A stretch of DNA of 64,000 bases from Candidatus Omnitrophota bacterium (GTDB lineage Bacteria > Omnitrophota > Gorgyraeia > Aquiviventales > Aquiviventaceae). Made by a program: the position numbers and the translations under genes. The notes under the pieces were generated by a model. The model was given only the letters and a program-made list of their open reading frames with translations, searched no databases and was not told where the DNA came from. The DNA lies in assembly GCA_016180575.1 (NCBI GenBank), contig JACPAY010000001.1:64857-128856 (forward strand), read 5' to 3'. This document shows positions 1 to 9,223 of the stretch, one piece after another (the stretch's first letter is position 1; each line of letters opens with the position of its first letter).

Positions 1-456
1 GGAAGGAAACAGAAACAGATACGCGCCGAGCACCGCGGCGATCGCGCCGCTCGCCCCCACCATCGGCATCGAGGAGTGGGGCGTCATGAGCAGCTGGACG
101 ACGGCGGCGGCGACCCCCCCGCCGAGATAGAGGAGGAGGAACCGGGGATGGCCGAGCCGATCCTCCACGTTGTCGGCGAAGATCCACAGGTAGAGCATGT
201 TCGAGCCGAGGTGCAAGAGCCCCCCGTGGAGGAACTGGGAGGTGAGCAGCGTCAGGAACAGGCGGGGCCAGTCCAGGAAGTCGCTGGGGCTGGCCACCAT
301 CCAGTGCGCGGGCACGACCCCGAACCGATAGAGGAATGCCTCGGCGGCGGCTCCCTGCGCGAGCTCCAGGAGGAAGGCGGCGACGTTCGCCGCGAGCAGG
401 AACCGCGTCACCCAGGCGACGCGGCGGGAGGGGATGTTGTCACGGATGGGGATCAT
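1..456 (-). CDS. rhomboid family intramembrane serine protease (3' end beyond window edge)
   Basis: Own minus-strand translation from ATG at 456. It reads MIPIRDNIPSRRVAWVTRFLLAANVAAFLLE...FLHGGLLHLGSNMLYLWIFADNVEDRLG...MVGASGAIAAVLGAYL. The H..N and GASG rhomboid motifs are present. It is absent from the ORF track because the stop lies off-window. It overlaps the lpxI stop by 17 nt. Confidence 0.75.
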   Translation of the reverse strand, partial: MIPIRDNIPSRRVAWVTRFLLAANVAAFLLELAQGAAAEAFLYRFGVVPAHWMVASPSDFLDWPRLFLTLLTSQFLHGGLLHLGSNMLYLWIFADNVEDRLGHPRFLLLYLGGGVAAAVVQLLMTPHSSMPMVGASGAIAAVLGAYLFLFPS

Positions 457-1288
457 CGCTGGACACCCCAACGAGGCAGATCCCCGCATCACCGGCGGAG
501 GCGATCAGCGCCTCGCGCTCCAGGAGGATCGTGGTACCCGCCTCGACCGCCAGGCAGGAGACGCCGGCCTCCTTGAGCGTGGCGAGCGTGTCGGGGCCGA
601 TGACCGGCAGGTCGAAGCGCCGGTCCTGGCGGGGGGCGGCCGCCTTCACGACGACGAGCCCATCGCCTGCCAGCGCGTGCGCCCGCCGGATGGCGGCGTC
701 GGTGCCCTCCAGCGCCTCCACCGCCACCACCACGCGGTCTTTCACGACCACCGTCTGCCCGACGTCAAGCGCGGCGAGGGCGCGCGCGGCGCGCAACCCC
801 ACGGCGATGTCTTCCTGTTGGGCCGCCGTCGGCCCCGCGGAGGTCAAGGGACCTTCGGGACAGAGGGCGGCGCGGAGGAACGTGGAGGAATCGAGCAGGG
901 TGATGCCGGCGTGGGCCAGCCGCTGGCCGACCGCGCCCAGCAGCGCCCCGGCTGAGAAGTCGGGGGCCTGTCGCAGCACCTCGCGGAGGTCCGCGTCGAA
1001 GGCCGCGGGCTTGCCGAGGAGCACCGCCTTGGTCACCTTGCCGGCCATGATCGCCTCGCGCACGCCGTGCGCCTTGAGGCGCTCGAGGAGCCGCGCGAGC
1101 TGGCCGACCGGGAGCTCCTCATAGGCATCGACCTCCCCGGCGAGGGCGGGGTCCGCCCACCCCTGGATGCCGACGGCGATGACGCGCCGGCCCTGGCGCT
1201 TCGCCTCCCGGGCGACATGGAACGGAAATGACCCCGCCCCGGCAATCAGTCCAAGCACCCGTCCGGTATCTGATACCTTTTTAGACAT
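440..1288 (-). CDS. lpxI: UDP-2,3-diacylglucosamine pyrophosphatase LpxI (DUF1009)
   Basis: 282-aa ORF with an LGLIAGAGSFP N-terminus and an RRFDLPVIGPDT region typical of LpxI. It lies directly downstream of lpxA. ATG 1288 sits in the loop of repeat A1, so GTG at 1258 (MLGLIAG...) is an alternative start. Confidence 0.8.
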   Translation of the reverse strand: MSKKVSDTGRVLGLIAGAGSFPFHVAREAKRQGRRVIAVGIQGWADPALAGEVDAYEELPVGQLARLLERLKAHGVREAIMAGKVTKAVLLGKPAAFDADLREVLRQAPDFSAGALLGAVGQRLAHAGITLLDSSTFLRAALCPEGPLTSAGPTAAQQEDIAVGLRAARALAALDVGQTVVVKDRVVVAVEALEGTDAAIRRAHALAGDGLVVVKAAAPRQDRRFDLPVIGPDTLATLKEAGVSCLAVEAGTTILLEREALIASAGDAGICLVGVSSDDPHP

Positions 1289-1310
1289 CGGAAATGGTAT
1301 CAGATACCGG
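1263..1310. repeat. Family A palindromic pair, copy A1
   Basis: CCGGTATCTGATACC (1263-1277), an 18-nt spacer, then GGTATCAGATACCGG (1296-1310). Perfect 15-bp inverted repeat at the lpxA/lpxI junction. Confidence 0.9.
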
Positions 1311-2145
1311 GAGTGTGCACGCTGCGGGCTACGCCGCGTTTTGACGCCCGGATGAAGGCGAGCAGGTGCGCAAGTTCGGGACAGCGGTCGGCGTCCCGAT
1401 CGACCTGCGCGAGCGCGTGGCTCATGGAGAGCTTGGAATGGAAGAGCGTCCGGAAGGCGCGATGGAGGCGCCGCTTGACCTCAGGCGACACCCCGGCCCG
1501 CCGCAGCCCCTCGTTGTTGAGCCCGAAGACGGCGGCGGGATAGCCGACGCAGGTCGCATAGGGCGGGATGTCCTGCACGACGCGCGAGCAGCCGCCGATG
1601 ATGGACAGGGTGCCCACGCGCACGAACTGGTGCACGCCGACGAGGCCGCCGATGACGGCCCGGTCCTCCACCGTGATGTGGCCGGCCAGGGCCGCGCTGT
1701 TGGCGATGACCACATGGTCGCCCACCACGCAGTCATGGGCCACGTGGGCGTAGGCCATGAGGAGGCAGTCCGAGCCGATGACCGTCTTGCCCCCGCCGCC
1801 CGCGGTCCCGACGTTGATGGTCACGTACTCCCGGATCTTGTTCCGGTCGCCGATGAGGAGGAGGCTGGCTTCCCCCTGGTACTTGAGGTCCTGCGGGATG
1901 CTCCCGATCACCGCCCCGGTGAACAGCTCGCAGTCCGCGCCGATCGTCGTGCGGCCCTCCACCACGCAGTGCGCCCCGAGGATGGTCCGCGGCCCAATGG
2001 CCACCTGCGCGCCGACCACCGTGTAGGGCCCCACCGACACCCCGTCGCCGAGCTTCGCCTCGGGATGCACGATGGCCGTCGGGTGGATCGCCGGGGGAGC
2101 GTCCGCCGGGGCCGGCTGGGCCCGCCGCGCCGTCATGGGGCTCAT
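1300..2145 (-). CDS. lpxA: acyl-ACP--UDP-N-acetylglucosamine O-acyltransferase
   Basis: 281 aa from ATG 2145, with an ATGA overlap on the upstream stop. Hexapeptide-repeat beta-helix (IHPTAIVHPEAKLGDGVSVGPYTVVG...) plus a helical C-terminus. The track ORF 1300..2616 is an upstream over-extension. The stop codon lies inside an arm of repeat A1. Confidence 0.92.
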   Translation of the reverse strand: MSPMTARRAQPAPADAPPAIHPTAIVHPEAKLGDGVSVGPYTVVGAQVAIGPRTILGAHCVVEGRTTIGADCELFTGAVIGSIPQDLKYQGEASLLLIGDRNKIREYVTINVGTAGGGGKTVIGSDCLLMAYAHVAHDCVVGDHVVIANSAALAGHITVEDRAVIGGLVGVHQFVRVGTLSIIGGCSRVVQDIPPYATCVGYPAAVFGLNNEGLRRAGVSPEVKRRLHRAFRTLFHSKLSMSHALAQVDRDADRCPELAHLLAFIRASKRGVARSVHTPGI

Positions 2146-3461
2146 TCCACCAGCGCGAACATCAGCTCCGCCTCGCAGACGAGCTTGCCGTCCACGAGCG
2201 CCCGGGACGACACCGCCCCGGTGCGCGAGCGCAGCTTGCCCAGCGTCGCCTCGAGGACCAGGACGTCGCCGGGGACCACGGGCTTCCGGAACTTGACCTT
2301 GTCCACCGCCATGAAGTACGCGAGCTTCCCGCGGTGCTCCCGCGTGTTCAGCATGATGATCCCCGCCAGCTGCGCCATCGCCTCCACGATGAGGACACCC
2401 GGCATGACCGGCCGGCCCGGGAAATGGCCCCGGAAGAAGTAGTCGTTGATGGTCACGCACTTGAGCCCCACCGCCCGCGTTTCGGTCAGCTCGGTCACCC
2501 GGTCCACCAGGAGGAACGGGTAGCGGTGCGGAAGGATCTTCTCGATCTGCGTGATGTCGAGCTGCGGCCCCACCATGACCTCGGACGTCGCGGACTGGAG
2601 GGCGCCGAGCTTCCACTGCTCCAGCGCCTGGTCGAGCTTCTTGAGCAGCTTCACGTTCAGCGGATGCCCGCTCTTCACCGCGATGACATGGGCCTGGAGC
2701 CGCATCCCGAGCAGGTAGAGGTCGCCCAGGAGGTCCAGCACCTTGTGGCGCGCGAACTCATCCTCGAACCGCAGGGTGTTGTCCAGCACGCCCGCCTCGC
2801 CGAGGACCAGCGTGTTCTCGGCGCTCGCCCCCTTGCCGAGGCCGGCCGCCCGGAGCGTCTCCGCCTCCTCCTTGAGGCAGAAGGTCCGGGCGGGCGCGAT
2901 GGCCTCTTCGAACGAGGCGGCGCCGTTCTGGACGTACGAGACGAACTGGGACTTGAGGAGCGGGTGCGGGTAGCTGAGCAGGTACGAGATCCGCAGCGTG
3001 CGATCGGGGAAGACGACGATGGAGGAGTCCCCCTCCTGGACGAAGACCGGCTCGCGCAGCGCGAAGTACCGGCGGGGGGCGGGCTGCTCGACGGTCCCCG
3101 CCGCCGTGAGCTGCTGCACGAACTGGACGGCGGAGCCGTCCAGGCCGGGCAGCTCGACGTTCGTCACCTCGACGTAGGCGTTGTCGATGCCCGTGCCCCA
3201 GAGCGAGGCCATGAAGTGCTCGACCGTCTGGACCTCCACCCCGTCCTTGGAGAGCGTGGTGCGCCGCACGCTCTTCTCGACGTCCACGATCTTGGTGGAT
3301 TTCACGGGGATCGCGGGCCGATGCGGCAGGTCGGTCCGGACGAACACGATCCCGGTGTCCGGCGGGGCGGGCAGGACCCGGAGGGAGACCGGCAGGCCGG
3401 TGTGGATGCCGAGGCCCTTGATGGACACGTCGCGGGCGACGGTCCGCTGGGATTCGCTCAT
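2142..3461 (-). CDS. lpxC/fabZ: bifunctional UDP-3-O-acyl-GlcNAc deacetylase / 3-hydroxyacyl-ACP dehydratase (LpxC-FabZ fusion)
   Basis: 439 aa. N-terminal LpxC motifs (GLGIHTG, HFMASLWG, FARHKVLDLLGDLYLLG) are fused to a C-terminal FabZ hot-dog domain (LPHRYPFLLVDRV, FFRGHFPGRPVMPGVL). Confidence 0.93.
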   Translation of the reverse strand: MSESQRTVARDVSIKGLGIHTGLPVSLRVLPAPPDTGIVFVRTDLPHRPAIPVKSTKIVDVEKSVRRTTLSKDGVEVQTVEHFMASLWGTGIDNAYVEVTNVELPGLDGSAVQFVQQLTAAGTVEQPAPRRYFALREPVFVQEGDSSIVVFPDRTLRISYLLSYPHPLLKSQFVSYVQNGAASFEEAIAPARTFCLKEEAETLRAAGLGKGASAENTLVLGEAGVLDNTLRFEDEFARHKVLDLLGDLYLLGMRLQAHVIAVKSGHPLNVKLLKKLDQALEQWKLGALQSATSEVMVGPQLDITQIEKILPHRYPFLLVDRVTELTETRAVGLKCVTINDYFFRGHFPGRPVMPGVLIVEAMAQLAGIIMLNTREHRGKLAYFMAVDKVKFRKPVVPGDVLVLEATLGKLRSRTGAVSSRALVDGKLVCEAELMFALVE

Positions 3462-3465
3462 GAGC

Positions 3466-4014
3466 TCAGGGGGCCCCTTTCGCGCGGCCGTTCAGCGCCG
3501 CGAGAACCTCGTCGGTGACATCGTAGGCGTCCTGGCCGTAGACCATGGCCTGCCCGTCCAGGATGAGCGAGAACCCGTTGGCCTTGGCGTAGTCCTGCAG
3601 CACCCGCTGGATCTCCTCCAGCAGCCCCTTGGCCACCCCGTCGCGCTCATGGCGCAGGTCCCGCGCCGTGTTGGTGCGGAAGCGCTGCAGCTCGTCCGCC
3701 CGCTCCTCGATCTCCCGGGCCTTGGACTCGCGGGCCTCCGCGCTCAGCAGCTCCAGGCTCTGGCGCATCTTCCGGAGCTCCTCCACGCGGCCCTTGAGCT
3801 CCGCCTCCTTCTGCTTGCCCTTCTTCTCCAGCGCGGCGTCGGAGGCCTGCGTCTTCGCATAGCCGTCGAACACCTTGGCCATGTTCACATAGCCGATCTT
3901 CAGCTCCTCCGCCCTCGCCGTGGGACAGGGGACAGGGGACAGGGGACACGCTGCGAGGATCATGAGGATGAGGATGACGCCGTGGGACCACCCGCGCAAG
4001 ACCGCCTGTCTCAT
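3466..4014 (-). CDS. skp: OmpH/Skp-like periplasmic chaperone
   Basis: 182 aa from ATG 4014. Hydrophobic signal peptide followed by a Lys/Glu/Arg-rich coiled coil. bamA-skp-lpx synteny supports the call. The track ORF 3466..4521 is over-extended. Confidence 0.75.
   Translation of the reverse strand: MRQAVLRGWSHGVILILMILAACPLSPVPCPTARAEELKIGYVNMAKVFDGYAKTQASDAALEKKGKQKEAELKGRVEELRKMRQSLELLSAEARESKAREIEERADELQRFRTNTARDLRHERDGVAKGLLEEIQRVLQDYAKANGFSLILDGQAMVYGQDAYDVTDEVLAALNGRAKGAP
3922..3948. repeat. tandem heptamer GGGGACA x about 4 inside the skp signal-peptide coding region
   Basis: gGGACA GGGGACA GGGGACA GGGGACA on the + strand. It encodes ..CPLSPVPCP.. on the minus strand. Confidence 0.9.
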
Positions 4015-4033
4015 GTCTCCTGTCTCCTGTCTC
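4006..4033. repeat. Family C heptamer array (CTGTCTC x4) at the bamA-skp junction
   Basis: CTGTCTC ATGTCTC CTGTCTC CTGTCTC, which is (GAGACAG)n in gene sense. It contains the bamA stop, GGAG SD-like motifs and the skp ATG. Confidence 0.9.
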
Positions 4034-6344
4034 AGAAACTCCGGCTGATGTTGAAGTGCACCTGCAGCTCGCGTTCCTCGCCGGGATCCAGGTCGCTGAC
4101 GGGCACCCCCAGATCGAGCCGCAGCGGCCCGATGGGCGTGTTCACGCGCACCCCCGCCCCCGCGCCCGCCTTGAACGACTCGCCGAACTCCTTGACGCGC
4201 CGCCAGACGTTGCCGACGTCCAGGAAGACCGATCCCCGGAGGATCGGCCGGCCGCGCTCGTCTTTCAGCAGCGTCACGACCTCCTCCAGCGTCCCCACGA
4301 GCAGCGCCTCGCCGCCGATGGGGTCGTTGGACGCCGGGTCGCGCGGTCCCACGCGCCGCTCCTCGAAGCCCCGGATGGTGCCGGAGCCGCCGCCGAAGAA
4401 CCGCTCGAAGATGGGGACCTCCGACGTGCCCGAATAGGCGTCGACGATCCCGGCGCGGAGGCGGGACTCGAACACCAGGCGGTCCCAGTGGGGGAGGTAG
4501 TGGCTCCCCCCCGCCTGCCACCGGTAGAAGTCCTTGTCGGCCCCGAAGAGCCCGCCCGCCAGATCGGCCGAGCTGAACAGGAACAGGCCGCGGGTCGGGT
4601 CAAAACGGTTGTCCCGATGGTCCCAGGAGATCCCGAGGCCCGCGACGCTGATGGTGTTGCGCCCCTGCTCGGCCTTCAGGTCAGCCGAGGCCTCGGTCAC
4701 CACGTCGGAGATCTCGGTGCGGTAGAGCTGGTAGCTGAGGCTCCCCAGCAGGCCGTCGATGAACTCCCGGCCAAGCCGCAGCCCCGCCCCGCGCTGCTCC
4801 TCCTCGAACGCGAGGCCCAGGTTGCGGCTGCGCAACCGGGTGCGGTTGTACGCGTCGATGCCGAGCGACACCGGGTGGCCGAAGATCCACGGCTCGGTGA
4901 ACGACACGTCGAAGAACCGCCGGACGGTGCCGACCTCCACCCGGAAGCGGAGGTCCTGCCCCGCGCCCGTGAATGTCGGGAAGTTCCGCCAGTCGAAGTT
5001 GCGCTGCTCGAGCTCCACGAGGCCGACGAGGCGATCCACCGAGGAGAACCCGCCGCCGAAGCTGAAGCTGCCGGTCTTGGCCTCCTTGACCTTGACGACC
5101 AGATCCTCGCGGTCGGGCGTCTCGGTCGGCTCCGTCTCCACGCTGACCTCTTCGAAGTACCCCAGGTTGTAGAGCCGGTCGATGGACTTGCGGATCGCAG
5201 CACCGTCGAACCGCTCGCCGGGATAGGCCCGGAGCTCCCGGCGCACGACGACGTCCTTGGTCCGCAGGTTGCCCCGGACCTCGACGCGGTTGATGGACAC
5301 GAGCTCATTCTCGGCGATGCGGTAGGTCAGGTTCACGCGCTTCGTCGCGTCGTCCAGCTGCGGCTCCGGGACGACCTCCGCGTGGATGTAGCCCCGGTCG
5401 CCGTAGTATTGCTTGATGCCCCGCAGGTCCTCCTGCAGCGCCTCCTGGCTGTACACCGCCCCCGGCTTGAGCGTGATGGCCTGCCGGATCTCGCGCTCCG
5501 GAAAGAGCACGGTGCCGGTCAGCGCCACCTGGCCGACCCGATGCTGCAGCCCCTCCGTGATCTTCAGATGGACATAGAGCCCGCGCCCGGCGGCGTCCCG
5601 GTAGACCTCCTGGGTGGCGGCGACGTCCTGGTAGCCGTGCTTCCGGTAGAAGGCCCGCACCCGCTCGAGGTCCTCCTCGAGCACCTGCTCGTTGTAGACC
5701 CCGGAGCGGAACCAGCGCCGGCGCTTCGTCTTGAGCAGCTTCCGGATCCGTCGGTCCGGGAAGGCCTGGTTGCCCTCCACCAGGACGCCGGCGATCCGCA
5801 TGCGGGTCCCCTCCTCGACCAGCAGATAGATGGTCGCCGTGTTGGCTACCTCATCGAGCTGGACGCGCGAGGCGATCTCGCTCTGCGAAAACCCCTTGCG
5901 CGCGTACTCCGCCTTCAGCTGATCGATCCCCTCCTTGACCCTCCGGGGGTCGTACAGCTCGCCCGGACCGACGCCGAACAGCTCAAGGAGCTTGGGCTTG
6001 CCCAGCGCCCGGTTGCCCTCCACCTCGACGGCTGACACCGTCGGCTTCTCGGTGACGACGAACACGAGGCGCAGCCCCTCGGGCGTCTGCTCGACATCGG
6101 CCCGGACGTCGGTGAAGTAGCCGAGCGCGAAGAGGCGCCGGATGTCTTCGCTGACGATCGCGTTCTGATAGGGCGAGCCCGGCTTCGTCCGGACGCGCGC
6201 CAGGACGGTTTCCTTGGCGACCGTCTTCGCGCCGCGGAGCTCCACCGCGACGACCGTTTCGCCCTCCTGGGCGAAGCTGGGGGACGCCGCGAGGCCCATG
6301 CCGCAGAGGAGCAGGGCCAGGCAGCTGCCAGCGGAGCGGCTCAT
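4032..6344 (-). CDS. bamA: outer membrane protein assembly factor BamA
   Basis: 770 aa. Signal peptide (..ASPSFAQEG), POTRA-like N-terminal repeats and a C-terminal beta-barrel ending ..HFNISRSF. Confidence 0.93.
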   Translation of the reverse strand: MSRSAGSCLALLLCGMGLAASPSFAQEGETVVAVELRGAKTVAKETVLARVRTKPGSPYQNAIVSEDIRRLFALGYFTDVRADVEQTPEGLRLVFVVTEKPTVSAVEVEGNRALGKPKLLELFGVGPGELYDPRRVKEGIDQLKAEYARKGFSQSEIASRVQLDEVANTATIYLLVEEGTRMRIAGVLVEGNQAFPDRRIRKLLKTKRRRWFRSGVYNEQVLEEDLERVRAFYRKHGYQDVAATQEVYRDAAGRGLYVHLKITEGLQHRVGQVALTGTVLFPEREIRQAITLKPGAVYSQEALQEDLRGIKQYYGDRGYIHAEVVPEPQLDDATKRVNLTYRIAENELVSINRVEVRGNLRTKDVVVRRELRAYPGERFDGAAIRKSIDRLYNLGYFEEVSVETEPTETPDREDLVVKVKEAKTGSFSFGGGFSSVDRLVGLVELEQRNFDWRNFPTFTGAGQDLRFRVEVGTVRRFFDVSFTEPWIFGHPVSLGIDAYNRTRLRSRNLGLAFEEEQRGAGLRLGREFIDGLLGSLSYQLYRTEISDVVTEASADLKAEQGRNTISVAGLGISWDHRDNRFDPTRGLFLFSSADLAGGLFGADKDFYRWQAGGSHYLPHWDRLVFESRLRAGIVDAYSGTSEVPIFERFFGGGSGTIRGFEERRVGPRDPASNDPIGGEALLVGTLEEVVTLLKDERGRPILRGSVFLDVGNVWRRVKEFGESFKAGAGAGVRVNTPIGPLRLDLGVPVSDLDPGEERELQVHFNISRSF

Positions 6345-7681
6345 TCCCGAGCTGGCGACTCGAAACGCGTATATTCCTTGATGAACGTCAGCTTGACGGT
6401 GTCGGTCGGGCCGTTCCGCTGTTTGGCGATGATCACCTCGGCGGTGCCTCGATTCTCATCGGTCGGGTTGTAGTACTCTTCCCGGAACAGCATCAGCACG
6501 ACATCGGCATCCTGCTCGATGGCCCCGGACTCGCGCAGGTCCGAGAGGCGCGGGCGCCGCAGCTCCTTCTCAGGCGCCCTCGAGAGCTGGCTCACCACCA
6601 TGACGGGAATGCCCAGCTGCCGCGCCAGCGCCTTCAGCCCGCGGGAAATGACCGAAATTTCCTGCTGCCGGTTCTCCGTGAGGGTGGTGGCATCCATCAG
6701 CTGCATGTAGTCAACAATCACCAGCCCGATGTCATGCCGCCGCTTCAGCCGGCGCGCTTTGGCGCGCAGCTCGAGCACCGTCAGGCCCGGGGTGTCATCG
6801 ATGAAGATGGGCGCTTCCGACAGCTTGCCCGCCGCCTTGGTCAGGTTTGGCCAGTCCGCGTTCGACAGCATGCCGGAGCGGACGTTGTGCGCGTTGATCC
6901 GGGCATGCGAGCACAGCATCCGCTGGACCAGGCTCTCCTTCGACATCTCCAGGCTGAAGATCGCCACGGGCTTCTGCTGGACGAGCGCGACGTGCTCCGC
7001 GACGCAGAGGGCAAACGAGCTCTTCCCCATGGCCGGCCGGCCGGCCACCACGATGAAATCAGACGGCTGCAGGCCGGCCAGGTGCTGATCCAGGTCGATG
7101 AACCCGGTGGGGAGGCCGGTGATCATCCCCTTGCGCTGATAGAGGGTGTCGATCATCTCGATGGAGCTCTTGATGATGTCCTTCATCGAGACCGCGTCGC
7201 GCTTGATCTTGCTCGAGGCGATGTCGAAGATCGCCGTCTCGGCTTCGTCGAGCAGGAGATCCGGCTCCTTCGAGCCCTGGTAGGCGTGATCGCCGATCTG
7301 ATCCGACGCCTGGATCAGCCGGCGCAGGATGTGTTTCTCTTTCACGATGTTGCAGTGGTGCTTCACGTTGGCGGGGGTGGCGACGGTCGAGAGCAGCGCC
7401 AGATAGCTCGGCCCCCCCACCTCGTCGAGGCTGCTCTGCTTTTTCAACGCCTCCGTGAGCGTGAGCAGGTCCACCGGAACGTCTTTCTTGTACAGCTCAA
7501 GGATCGCCCGGAAGATTTTCCGATGGGCGGGTTTGTAGAAGGTCTCCTCTTCGAGGATTTCAGCGGCCTGGGTCACGGCGTCTTCCGACAGCAGCATAGC
7601 GCCTAAGACCGCCTGCTCGACCTCGGGGCTGCTTGGGGGGGTGACGCGAAGATCGGCCGTCGTCAATTCATGCTCAGGCAT
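6341..7681 (-). CDS. dnaB: replicative DNA helicase DnaB
   Basis: 446 aa. N-terminal domain (EVEQAVLGAMLL), Walker A GRPAMGKSSF, IVDYMQLM and the ..VVSQLSR motif. Confidence 0.95.
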   Translation of the reverse strand: MPEHELTTADLRVTPPSSPEVEQAVLGAMLLSEDAVTQAAEILEEETFYKPAHRKIFRAILELYKKDVPVDLLTLTEALKKQSSLDEVGGPSYLALLSTVATPANVKHHCNIVKEKHILRRLIQASDQIGDHAYQGSKEPDLLLDEAETAIFDIASSKIKRDAVSMKDIIKSSIEMIDTLYQRKGMITGLPTGFIDLDQHLAGLQPSDFIVVAGRPAMGKSSFALCVAEHVALVQQKPVAIFSLEMSKESLVQRMLCSHARINAHNVRSGMLSNADWPNLTKAAGKLSEAPIFIDDTPGLTVLELRAKARRLKRRHDIGLVIVDYMQLMDATTLTENRQQEISVISRGLKALARQLGIPVMVVSQLSRAPEKELRRPRLSDLRESGAIEQDADVVLMLFREEYYNPTDENRGTAEVIIAKQRNGPTDTVKLTFIKEYTRFESPARE

Positions 7682-7684
7682 CGG

Positions 7685-8128
7685 CTAGGCCTTGACGACC
7701 CACAGCTTGAGGGTCGCTGCCACGTTCGGATGCAGGCGGACCGGAACCTCGAACACGCCCAGCGCCTTGATGGGCGTCTCGAGCCGGATCGCGCCCTTGT
7801 CCACCGGAAGCCCTTCCCGCCCCAGCGCCTCCGCCACATCGTGGGCCGTGATGGAGCCGAAGGGCTGTTCGTTCTCGCCGAGGGTGAGCTTCAGCGTCAG
7901 CGACAGGCCTTCGAGCCGGCGCTTGAGCGTCTCCGCCTCCGCCTGGACGCGCCCGGCCTGCTTGAGGCGCCGCTGGCTTGCGGCCTCGACCGCCTTCAAT
8001 TGCTGGGGGCTCGCCGGCACCGCCAGCCCGCCGGGGAGCAGGTAGTTGCGGGCGAACCCCGGCTTGACGCGCACCACGTCCCCCTCGGCGCCCAGCTTCT
8101 CAATGGCCTTCAGCAGGATGACGTCCAT
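7685..8128 (-). CDS. rplI: 50S ribosomal protein L9
   Basis: 147 aa from ATG 8128: MDVILLKAIEKLGAEGDVVRVKPGFARNYLLP. The longer track ORF is over-extended. Confidence 0.93.
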   Translation of the reverse strand: MDVILLKAIEKLGAEGDVVRVKPGFARNYLLPGGLAVPASPQQLKAVEAASQRRLKQAGRVQAEAETLKRRLEGLSLTLKLTLGENEQPFGSITAHDVAEALGREGLPVDKGAIRLETPIKALGVFEVPVRLHPNVAATLKLWVVKA

Positions 8129-8139
8129 GCGAGCCACTC

Positions 8140-8367
8140 CTAGACCGACACGTAGGGCAACAGCGCCATGAACCGCGCCCGCTTGATGGCGCGGGTGAGC
8201 AGGCGCTGGTGTCTTGCGCAGGTGCCGGTCAGCCGCGAGGGGATGATCTTCCCCCGGTCCGTGACGTAGCGCCCGATCCGCTCCAGGTCCTTGTAATCGA
8301 TGTGCTCGACCTTCTCCGTGCAAAACCGGCAGGGCCGCTTGACGAACGTGCGCCGGACAAATGCCAT
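8140..8367 (-). CDS. rpsR: 30S ribosomal protein S18
   Basis: 75 aa with CRFC...IDYKD...[26 protein letters not shown]. Confidence 0.95.
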   Translation of the reverse strand: MAFVRRTFVKRPCRFCTEKVEHIDYKDLERIGRYVTDRGKIIPSRLTGTCARHQRLLTRAIKRARFMALLPYVSV

Positions 8368-8375
8368 GGGTCTCC

Positions 8376-8855
8376 TCAGAACGGGACGTCCGCCTCGGCG
8401 TCCCCTTCTGTTGTCGCCGCCTCCGCTTCAGGTTCCTCGGGCCGGGCCGGTTCCGCTTCTTCGCGGGGCCGGCCGGGACCGCCTGGTCCGCCGGGACCGC
8501 CTGCCTGCGCCGCGCCGGACGCGGCAGGCAGGCCCAGGAACTGCACGCGATCCGCCCGCACCTCCATGGTGGACCGGGTCTTCCCCTCGGCCTCCCAGCT
8601 CCGGTAGATCAGCCGGCCTTCCACGAAGACCGAGCGGCCCTTCTTCAGATACTGGTTACAGGTCTCGGCCTGCCGGCCCCACGCGACGACGGTGAGGAAG
8701 CAGGTCTCCTCTTTGCGCTGGCCGGCCTGGTCCTTGAAGGTCGAGTTGACCGCCAGGCGCAGGTTCACCACGGCGGCGCCGCTTGGGGTGTAGCGGAGCT
8801 CCGGATCTTTGGTGAGGTTGCCGATGAGCAGCACGCGATTGAGGCTCGCCATCAC
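8376..8855 (-). CDS. ssb: single-stranded DNA-binding protein
   Basis: 159 aa. OB fold ([21 protein letters not shown]), a Gly/Pro linker and an acidic tail ending DVPF. Confidence 0.93.
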   Translation of the reverse strand: MMASLNRVLLIGNLTKDPELRYTPSGAAVVNLRLAVNSTFKDQAGQRKEETCFLTVVAWGRQAETCNQYLKKGRSVFVEGRLIYRSWEAEGKTRSTMEVRADRVQFLGLPAASGAAQAGGPGGPGGPGRPREEAEPARPEEPEAEAATTEGDAEADVPF

Positions 8856-9223
8856 CGCCTCCTGACCGGCGGAGGCACCGACCCGATCTTCGCGAGCGCC
8901 GGCGCGGACGGCTCGGCGTCCGGCGCCGGGCCGTCCACCTCGTCCGCGCTCAGGATCATGAAGCGCACCACCGCATCGTTGAGCCGGAAGAGGCGGTCCA
9001 GCTCTCCGACCTGCGCCGTCGGCGCCTGGAACCGCAGCAGGAAGTAGTGGCCCTCGGTCTGCCGGGCGATGCGGAACGCCAGCCGGCGGCGGCCCATGTG
9101 CTGGTTGCTCTCCACGCTGCCGCCCACTTTCTTGATGGGCTCCTCGAGGCCGGTGGACTGGCGACTCATCTCCTGCTCCGTCCCGGCCGCTTTCACGATG
9201 ATCAATGCCTCATACGCCTTCAT
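8852..9223 (-). CDS. rpsF: 30S ribosomal protein S6
   Basis: 123 aa from ATG 9223, with an ATGA overlap on the pth stop: MKAYEALIIVKA...GRRRLAFRI....GHYFLLRF. Confidence 0.93.
   Translation of the reverse strand: MKAYEALIIVKAAGTEQEMSRQSTGLEEPIKKVGGSVESNQHMGRRRLAFRIARQTEGHYFLLRFQAPTAQVGELDRLFRLNDAVVRFMILSADEVDGPAPDAEPSAPALAKIGSVPPPVRRR

Noticed and set aside
3922-4033. Possibility that the heptamer arrays (also at 23443-23491 and 29700-29755) are a CRISPR-like array.
   Set aside because: The unit is only 7 nt. The units are contiguous with no spacers, and the arrays are partly palindromic. No cas genes are in the window.
8440-8520. GGACCGCC-type short repeats in the ssb tail, with similar Gly-codon runs at 48095-48130.
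   Set aside because: These encode the ordinary Gly/Pro-rich flexible linkers of SSB and of the zinc-ribbon protein. They are not an independent repeat element.
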